Shown piece after piece: positions 27,674 to 33,635 of a stretch of DNA of 39,691 bases. The stretch covers positions 1 through 39,691 of the forward strand of contig DATNKQ010000569.1 of NCBI GenBank assembly GCA_035603315.1, in the 5' to 3' direction. Position 1 is the first letter of the stretch, and each line of letters starts with the position of its first letter. A program made the translations under genes and the position numbers. Origin of the DNA: Thermoanaerobaculia bacterium. GTDB lineage: Bacteria > Acidobacteriota > Thermoanaerobaculia > Multivoradales > UBA5704. The notes below the pieces were generated by a model, which saw nothing but the letters and a program-made list of their open reading frames with translations, ran no database searches and was not told the DNA's origin.

Positions 27674-28020
27674 AGCTGATCACCGCCGTCGTGCGGCCGG
27701 AGAAGCTCCCCGAGGTGCTGGAGGCGCTGTTCAAGGCCGAGGTCCACGGCCTGACCATCTCCCGCGCTCAGGGGCACGGCGGCGAGACCGAGCAGGTGGA
27801 GACCTACCGTGGATCGACGGTCAAGATGGAGCTGGTGGACAAGGTACGCCTGGACATCGGCGTCTCCGACCCATTCGTCGAGGTGACCGTCGACGCCATC
27901 CTCCACTCCGCCCGCACCGGCGAGGTCGGCGACGGCAAGATCTTCGTGCTGCCGGTCGAGAAGGTAATCCGCATCCGCACCGGCGAGGAGGATCTGGCGG
28001 CGGTGACGCCGGCGCTGTAG
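27670..28020 (+). CDS. glnK: Nitrogen regulatory protein P-II
   Basis: VKLITAVVRPEKLPEVLEAL..., T-loop-like GGETEQVETYRGSTV, and C-terminal TGEVGDGKIFVLPVEKVIRIRTGE. The GTG overlaps the amtB TGA (GTGA). Confidence 0.95.
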   Translation: MKLITAVVRPEKLPEVLEALFKAEVHGLTISRAQGHGGETEQVETYRGSTVKMELVDKVRLDIGVSDPFVEVTVDAILHSARTGEVGDGKIFVLPVEKVIRIRTGEEDLAAVTPAL

Positions 28021-28043
28021 GTCGAAGAGCTCTCCGGCCGGCC

Positions 28044-28466
28044 CTACCACCGCACCTGGTAGAGCATCCAGTACACCACGACCCCGGTGACCGAGACGTA
28101 GAGCCAGACGGGGAGGGCCCAGCGGGCGACCCGCTTGTGGGTGCCGAAGCGGCGGCGGGCGGCCAGGTAGACGGTCACCCCGGCGAAGAAGGGGACGGTC
28201 GCCGCCAGGACGGTGTGGGTGATCAGGATGGCGAAGTAGACGATCCGCGCGCCGCCGGTGCCGGGAAAGTGCTTGGAGCCGACGTGGGCGTGGTAGACGA
28301 GGTAGGAGGTGAGGAAGAGGGTCGAGGAGACGAGGGCGGCGATCATCACGCCGCGATGGGCCCGCCAGCGCCGGTTGCGGATGAGGATGTATCCCGTCAC
28401 CAAAAGGACGGCGGAGAGCGAATTGAGAGTGGCGTTGAGGGCGGGAAGGTCCTGGATGCGGAGCAT
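28044..28466 (-). CDS. DUF420-family membrane protein (oxidase-associated; CtaM-like as I recall the family)
   Basis: 140 aa with 4 hydrophobic helices. LNATLNSLSAVLLVTGYILIRNRRWRAHRGVMIAALVSSTLFLTSYLVYH is typical of DUF420. Lies downstream of the oxidase genes. Confidence 0.8.
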   Translation of the reverse strand: MLRIQDLPALNATLNSLSAVLLVTGYILIRNRRWRAHRGVMIAALVSSTLFLTSYLVYHAHVGSKHFPGTGGARIVYFAILITHTVLAATVPFFAGVTVYLAARRRFGTHKRVARWALPVWLYVSVTGVVVYWMLYQVRW

Positions 28467-28502
28467 GGAGGCGGGATTCTACCCCGGCGCCTGAGCTGGC
28501 GT

Positions 28503-28535
28503 GGAAAAGGAAACGCCCCCGGTTTCAGGGGCGTT
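28503..28535 (-). terminator. Rho-independent terminator after coxB
   Basis: On the minus strand: AACGCCCC, an 8-nt loop, GGGGCGTT, then TCCTTTTCC. The stem is 8 bp (28512-28519 pairs with 28528-28535). Begins 23 nt after the coxB stop. Confidence 0.6.
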
Positions 28536-28557
28536 GTCGCAGGAAGGTGTACGGCGT

Positions 28558-29364
28558 CTATTTGGTGACCGGAGCGGCCGCAGGAGCCGGAGCTGGGGTG
28601 GCCGGCGCCGGAGTGGCCGGGGCCGCCGGCTTCGGCGCGTTCTCGGCCAGCCACTTCTCGTAGTCGGCGCGCGACTCGACGACCAGGAAGCCGCGCATCC
28701 GGTAGTGGGAGAGGCCGCAGAGCTGGGCGCAGGCGATCTCCCAGTTGCCGGTCTTGTTGGGCTGGAAGTAGACCGGGATGACCTCGCCCGGGATGGCGTC
28801 CTGCTTGACCCGCATCACCGGCAGGGAGAAGCTGTGGATGACGTCCTTGGTGCTCAGCCGGACGAGCACCGGCTTGTCGACCGGCAGGTGGAGCTGGTTG
28901 ACGGTGGCGATGTCGTCTTTGCCCGCCGGGTCGCTGGGGTCTATCCCCAAGGGATTGGTGCCGGTCTCCATGAACTTGGGGTCGGTGCGGCCGAACTTGC
29001 CGTCCTTGCCGGGGTAGTGGACGTTCCAGGCAAACTGCTCGGCCACCACCCGCACCACCGTCGACTGATCCTCCGGCGGCGGGGTGTTGACCCGCCGCGC
29101 CCAGATCGGCACCGCGAAGCCGGCGAGAAGCAGCACCTCGACGACCACGATCGCCGCCTCCCCGTAGGTCGAGAAGTGTCCCTTCGCCCCTTCGTAGCTG
29201 GCGACCGGGTTGCGGCCCTTACGGTAGCGCACGAGGGTGTAGAGGAAGAACAGGCCCCAGCCCACGAAGAGGATGAGCATGAACCAGTGCACCAGCGCGA
29301 GCAGGGAGTCGAGCTCGGCGCCGTGGGTCGAGGCGTTGGGGGGAAGTCCCAGGAATCTCTCCAT
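28558..29364 (-). CDS. coxB: Cytochrome c oxidase subunit II (no fused cytochrome c domain)
   Basis: Two N-terminal TM helices. CuA site HSFSLP...CAQLCGLSHYRM (H, CxxxC, H, M). Pro/Ala/Thr-rich C-terminal tail. Confidence 0.9.
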   Translation of the reverse strand: MERFLGLPPNASTHGAELDSLLALVHWFMLILFVGWGLFFLYTLVRYRKGRNPVASYEGAKGHFSTYGEAAIVVVEVLLLAGFAVPIWARRVNTPPPEDQSTVVRVVAEQFAWNVHYPGKDGKFGRTDPKFMETGTNPLGIDPSDPAGKDDIATVNQLHLPVDKPVLVRLSTKDVIHSFSLPVMRVKQDAIPGEVIPVYFQPNKTGNWEIACAQLCGLSHYRMRGFLVVESRADYEKWLAENAPKPAAPATPAPATPAPAPAAAPVTK

Positions 29365-29640
29365 TTACTGTTTTCCTCCGTGAAGGACGCGCAGGTGCCG
29401 GACCGGTGGATCGAGCCGCTTCGCCCGCTGGCGGAAATCCCAGATGACCTTGCCGACCCCGAGGTAGATGAGCGCCACGAAGCCAAGAAGGGTGAGGATG
29501 CCCTTGTTCATGCCGTCGACCATCGGCGAGTCCGCCGCGCCGTAGCAGGTGGCGCAGGCGGCGGCCAGCCGGGGCAGGCCGAGCCCGGCCGCCGTCCCCA
29601 GCAGAACCGCGAGAACGCGAGCACGCCGTAGAAACTGCAT
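29365..29640 (-). CDS. Small membrane protein with signal-anchor, CxxC and one TM (91 aa)
   Basis: MQFLRRARVLAVLLGTAAGLGLPRLAAACATCYGAADSP...ILTLLGFVALIYLGVG. GGAGGA lies 7 nt upstream of the ATG. Its TAA directly abuts the coxB ATG. Confidence 0.5.
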   Translation of the reverse strand: MQFLRRARVLAVLLGTAAGLGLPRLAAACATCYGAADSPMVDGMNKGILTLLGFVALIYLGVGKVIWDFRQRAKRLDPPVRHLRVLHGGKQ

Positions 29641-29654
29641 CGCCGGATCCTCCG

Positions 29655-29870
29655 TCAATCCTCCGGGCCCATGGCCCGGAACTTCCGCCGCACCCGCACC
29701 CAGTAGACGAGAAGCACGATCCCTACCAGGAAGAAGAGCCCGGAGAGGGCGAGCCCGGAGGCGCCCTCGCCGGCGCGGAAGCTGGCGATCCCCCACACGC
29801 CGACCCATGCCGACAGGAGGATCGAGACGGCGATGAAGAAGACGTGGAAGGAGCGCAGCGACAGGCTCAT
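29655..29870 (-). CDS. Small two-TM membrane protein (71 aa)
   Basis: The ATG overlaps the subunit IV stop (ATGA). Two hydrophobic helices: FHVFFIAVSILLSAWVGVWGIA and LALSGLFFLVGIVLLVYWV. Confidence 0.5.
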   Translation of the reverse strand: MSLSLRSFHVFFIAVSILLSAWVGVWGIASFRAGEGASGLALSGLFFLVGIVLLVYWVRVRRKFRAMGPED

Positions 29871-30178
29871 CGGAGCATCCGCTGGTTCCAGGCCGAGAGC
29901 GACGGCGTCGACATCAGCACGGCGAAGAAGACGACGGTGAGGATGAGGATGCCGTAGATCGCCTTGCGCTCGGAGATGAGGTGCATGAAGTAGGCGGCGA
30001 CGAGCGACCCCTTGATGCTGGCGATCACCAGGGCGACGAGGATGGCCATTGGCGTCGACAGGTGGAGGTAGCTCACCGTCACCGTGACGAGGGTGAGCAC
30101 CGCCAGAGCGCCGAATACCGCCACGTAGATCCTGGTCTGCCGGCGAATCGAATCCGCGTCGTGCGCGTGCGCTTCCAT
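29867..30178 (-). CDS. Cytochrome c oxidase subunit IV (prokaryotic small subunit)
   Basis: The in-frame ATG 30178 has GGAGAG upstream. MEAHAHDADSIRRQTRIYVAVFGALAVLTLVTV...ASIKGSLVAAYFMHL is typical of the bacterial subunit IV family. Confidence 0.75.
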   Translation of the reverse strand: MEAHAHDADSIRRQTRIYVAVFGALAVLTLVTVTVSYLHLSTPMAILVALVIASIKGSLVAAYFMHLISERKAIYGILILTVVFFAVLMSTPSLSAWNQRMLR

Positions 30179-30198
30179 AGTCGATCTCTCCAAAGGCC

Positions 30199-30792
30199 CT
30201 AGAGAAGGTAGAGGGTCGGGAAGAGGAAGATCCAGACCAGGTCGACGAAGTGCCAGTAGAGGCCCGCCACCTCGATGCGGTTGGCGAAGCGCTCGGGGTC
30301 CTTCTTGAACAGCTTGGCCCCGGGCCCCCAGAAGTAGCCGTTGACGATCATCCCCCCCAGGACGTGCAGGCCGTGGAGGCCGGTCAGGGTGAAGTAGATG
30401 GCCAGAAAGGTGTTGGTCTTGGGGAAGTGATGGGTCTCGAATTTGTGGCTGTACTCGATGCTCTTGATGACCATGAATCCCAGGCCGCAGAGGATGGTGA
30501 GCCCCATGTAGAGCCGATACTTCTTGAACTCGTTGAGCTTGAGCGATGCCCACGACATGACCATGGTGACCGAGGAGCTGATGAGGATGAGGGTGTTGAG
30601 CGTCGCCAGCGGGACGCTCAGGCCCTCGTCGCGGCCGTGCGGCCAGGCGGGCGCGCCGGTGCGCAACAGGATGTAGGACGAGAAGAGGGCGCCGAAGAGC
30701 ATCACCTCGGAGGCGAGGAAAAGCCAGATTCCGAGCTTGGCGTTGAACACCCCGGTATCGGGCCGGGGCTCTACGGTGTAGGGAATGTCCAT
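30199..30792 (-). CDS. ctaE: Cytochrome c oxidase subunit III
   Basis: 197 aa. LGIWLFLASEVMLFGALFSSYILLR, YFTLTGLHGLHVLGGMI and YWHFVDLVWIFLFPTLYL. Confidence 0.9.
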   Translation of the reverse strand: MDIPYTVEPRPDTGVFNAKLGIWLFLASEVMLFGALFSSYILLRTGAPAWPHGRDEGLSVPLATLNTLILISSSVTMVMSWASLKLNEFKKYRLYMGLTILCGLGFMVIKSIEYSHKFETHHFPKTNTFLAIYFTLTGLHGLHVLGGMIVNGYFWGPGAKLFKKDPERFANRIEVAGLYWHFVDLVWIFLFPTLYLL

Positions 30793-30793
30793 C

Positions 30794-32560
30794 TCAGGCC
30801 TCCTGCCCTTGCGGCGTGAAGTCCGTCGCCGCGCCGGGGACGCTGTAGTCGTAGGGGCCGCGCACCACGGTCGGCAGATGCGGGAAGTTGCCGTGGGCGA
30901 TCGGCGGCGAGGGAGCGGCCGACCATTCGAGGGTGGTCGCCTCCCAGGGGTTGGAGCCCACCTTCACCCCCTTCTTGATGCTCCAGAAGAGGTTCCAGAT
31001 GAAGGGGATCTGGGAGAGCGCCAGGCACCACGCCGAGATCGACATGAAGACGTTCCAGTGCAGGACGCCCTGGGCGTGCGCGTACTGCTGGCCGCCGTCG
31101 TAGAGGCGCCGCGAGACGCCGGCCAGGCCGACGATGAACATCGGCATGAAGATGCCGTTGATGAAGACGAACGACAGCCAAAAGTGGATCCGCCCCAGGA
31201 CGTCGCTCATCTTCCGCCCGGTGATCTTGGGGAACCAGTAGTAGATGCCGGCGAACATGGCGAAGATCGTCCCCGGCGCCACCACGTAGTGGAAGTGGCC
31301 GATGACGTACATGGTGTCGTGCAGGTGGATGTCGGTCGGCGCGAGGCCGAGCGGCAGGCCGGTCAGGCCGCCGATGGCGAACATGGGCAGGAAGCCGAGG
31401 GCGAAGAGCATCGGCGTGGTGAAGCGGATGGAGCCTCCCCACAGCGAGATGACGAGGGCGGTGAGGATGACGACCGAGGGGATGGAGATGATCATCGTCG
31501 TCGTCTGGAAGAAAGTGCTCATCACCGTCCCCATGCCGGTCATGAACATGTGGTGCGCCCAGACGATGAAGGACATGAAGCCCAGGAAGACCGTCGCGTA
31601 GACCATCGAGCGGTAGCCCCAGAGCGGCTTCCGGGTGTTGTTGGCGATCACCTCGGCGACGATGCCGAAGGCCGGCAGGATGAGGACGTAGACCTCGGGG
31701 TGGGCGAGGAACCAGAAGAGGTGCTGCCAGAGGAGCGGGTTGCCGCCGCCGGTGTTGGCGATCGCCTGCCCGGAGACGATCAAGCCGCTGGGCAGGAAGA
31801 AGCTCGTCCCCGCCAGGCGGTCCATCATCTGCAGCACCGCCGCCGCCTGCAGCGCCGGAAAGGCGAGGAGGAGGAGGAACGAGGTCACGAGCTGCGCCCA
31901 GACGAAGAAGGGCAGCCGCATCCAGGTCATTCCCGGGGCGCGCAGCTGGACGATAGTGGTGATGAAGTTGGTGGCGCCGAGGAGCGAGGAGATGATGAGG
32001 AAGAGCATGCCGAAGAGCCAGGCCGTCTGCCCCGGGGGGGCGATGTCGGAGAGCGGCGGGTAGGAGGTCCAGCCGGACTGCGCGGCGCCGCCGGGGAGGA
32101 AGAAGCTTCCCAGCATGGTCACGCCGCCCAGGAAGTACATCCAGTAGCTCGCCATGTTGAGCTTGGGGAAGGCCATGTCGGGGGCACCGATCTGCAGCGG
32201 CACTACATAGTTGCCGAAGGCGCCCACGGCGAGCGGCACGATCCCCAGGAAGACCATGATGGTGCCGTGCATGGCCCCGAGCTGGTTGTAGAACTCGGGG
32301 AGCATGATGCCTCCGGCGGCGGCGCCTTGCGACAGGAAGCGGCCGATGAAGGGGATGGGCTGGCCCGGGTAGGCGAGCTGCCACCGCATCATCATCATCA
32401 GCGAGAAGCCGTAGAGGAGGAACGTCAGCGCGGTGAAGCCGTACTGGATGCCGATGACCTTGTGATCCTGGGAGAAGACGTACTTGCGCAGGAAGCTCAG
32501 CTCTTCATGAGCTTCGTGGCCGTGCCCGTGGGCCAGCCGCTCGTCGACCAATGCCGTCAT
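30794..32560 (-). CDS. ctaD: Cytochrome c oxidase subunit I (heme-copper oxidase)
   Basis: 588 aa. DHKVIGIQY, FFWFLAHPEVYVLILPAFG, VWAHHMF and HDTMYVIGHFHYV motifs. GAGGAGGAG lies upstream of the ATG. Confidence 0.95.
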   Translation of the reverse strand: MTALVDERLAHGHGHEAHEELSFLRKYVFSQDHKVIGIQYGFTALTFLLYGFSLMMMMRWQLAYPGQPIPFIGRFLSQGAAAGGIMLPEFYNQLGAMHGTIMVFLGIVPLAVGAFGNYVVPLQIGAPDMAFPKLNMASYWMYFLGGVTMLGSFFLPGGAAQSGWTSYPPLSDIAPPGQTAWLFGMLFLIISSLLGATNFITTIVQLRAPGMTWMRLPFFVWAQLVTSFLLLLAFPALQAAAVLQMMDRLAGTSFFLPSGLIVSGQAIANTGGGNPLLWQHLFWFLAHPEVYVLILPAFGIVAEVIANNTRKPLWGYRSMVYATVFLGFMSFIVWAHHMFMTGMGTVMSTFFQTTTMIISIPSVVILTALVISLWGGSIRFTTPMLFALGFLPMFAIGGLTGLPLGLAPTDIHLHDTMYVIGHFHYVVAPGTIFAMFAGIYYWFPKITGRKMSDVLGRIHFWLSFVFINGIFMPMFIVGLAGVSRRLYDGGQQYAHAQGVLHWNVFMSISAWCLALSQIPFIWNLFWSIKKGVKVGSNPWEATTLEWSAAPSPPIAHGNFPHLPTVVRGPYDYSVPGAATDFTPQGQEA

Positions 32561-32810
32561 CTACTCCTCCTCGATCGATAGGCCGGGAGGGGCCCGCGCG
32601 CCCCGGCCGATGGGCCGTGCGCAGGGAGAGGCGCCCGGCCCTCCGAAAAGGTCCGCGTTCCCGGCGTGTGCTGCACTGAAGAATTCCTACCGCTTCCGAA
32701 GTCTGCCAAAAAGGACGCCTGAGTCTACGACACCGAATCGGGCGCCGCAAGGCAAGAGTAGTGGCTCCATTTGGCCTCGCTGCGCTCCTTCGGGGGCGCG
32801 CCCCGGAAGT

Positions 32811-33587
32811 CTACTTCGCGGGCACCTTGGCGACCGCGGCGCCGTGGATCATCCGGGTGACGGGGTCCTGGAGGAAGGCGGCGACGCCGAGGTTGCCCCG
32901 CTTCCAGGTGGGGTCGAGCGCCAGGCTCACCGCGCCGGATTTCGCAGAGCCGGCGGCGGCGGGGAGCGTCAAAACCCTCGCCAGGCGCCGCACGACGTAG
33001 TCGTTCTGGAGCGTCTGGCGGGCGTTCTCGCCTGCCTTGACCGGCGTCGAGAGGCCGGTCTCGTAGAGGGCCACCAGGAGGTCGAGGTCGCGCCCGACGC
33101 CCCCAGCGAGGCGGGCGTCGGCCTCCACCCTGAGGCCTCCCGCCGCCGGCTCGACCTTCAGGCCGACCTGCCCGGCGGGCGCTGCCTTGAGGGCCTCGGC
33201 GATGCGCTGCCGGACCAGGCGCTCGTCGGAACCCACGCACTCGGTCTTGCCGTTGACCACGAGCTGCGGCGTGTAGATGCGATTCTCGCCCCACGCCCGC
33301 GCGTAGTCGTTCTGCCGCTTCGACCAGTCGGCGGAGGAGAAGGGGTCCTGCCAGCCGATGTAGTTCCAGTAGTCGACATGGAAGGCGAGCGGGATGACCC
33401 GCCCGGCGAGGTCCGCGTCGCCGGTCAGCCGGCTGAGCAGGCGGTCGGCCGGCGGGCAGCTCGAGCAGCCCTGGGAGGTGAAGAGCTCGACGACGACGGG
33501 GGCGGCGGCGCGCTCCCCGGCCGCCTCGCCGCGCGGGGCGGCGATGAGAGCGAGGGCGACGAGGGCAAGCGATGGGAGAGTCTTCAT
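32811..33587 (-). CDS. DUF1223-family secreted thioredoxin-like protein
   Basis: Signal peptide MKTLPSLALVALALIAAPRGEA. ELFTSQGCSSCPPADRLL...FHVDYWNYIGWQDPF is characteristic of DUF1223. Confidence 0.85.
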   Translation of the reverse strand: MKTLPSLALVALALIAAPRGEAAGERAAAPVVVELFTSQGCSSCPPADRLLSRLTGDADLAGRVIPLAFHVDYWNYIGWQDPFSSADWSKRQNDYARAWGENRIYTPQLVVNGKTECVGSDERLVRQRIAEALKAAPAGQVGLKVEPAAGGLRVEADARLAGGVGRDLDLLVALYETGLSTPVKAGENARQTLQNDYVVRRLARVLTLPAAAGSAKSGAVSLALDPTWKRGNLGVAAFLQDPVTRMIHGAAVAKVPAK

Positions 33588-33635
33588 GTTCTCAGTACGG
33601 CCGGCGCCGGGCTCGCGGATTCGCCGCCCCCAGAC

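Noticed and set aside
26062-28020. 652-aa plus-strand ORF spanning the repeat array, amtB and glnK
   Set aside because: Only its last 116 codons (glnK, from GTG 27670) are real. The remainder is an Arg/Pro/Gly-rich alternate frame across amtB and non-coding DNA.
30771-32581. 537-aa minus-strand and 598-aa plus-strand ORFs overlapping subunit I
   Set aside because: These are alternate-frame and antisense readings of ctaD. The 588-aa frame (30794-32560) carries all the heme-copper oxidase signatures.
32788-32809. GC-rich hairpin 1 nt after the DUF1223 stop, considered as a possible terminator
   Set aside because: It is an 8-bp stem with a 1-nt bulge and is not followed by a U tract on the minus strand (the downstream sequence is GAGCGCAGCGAGG). 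That is insufficient to call an intrinsic terminator. It may still separate DUF1223 from the oxidase promoter region.
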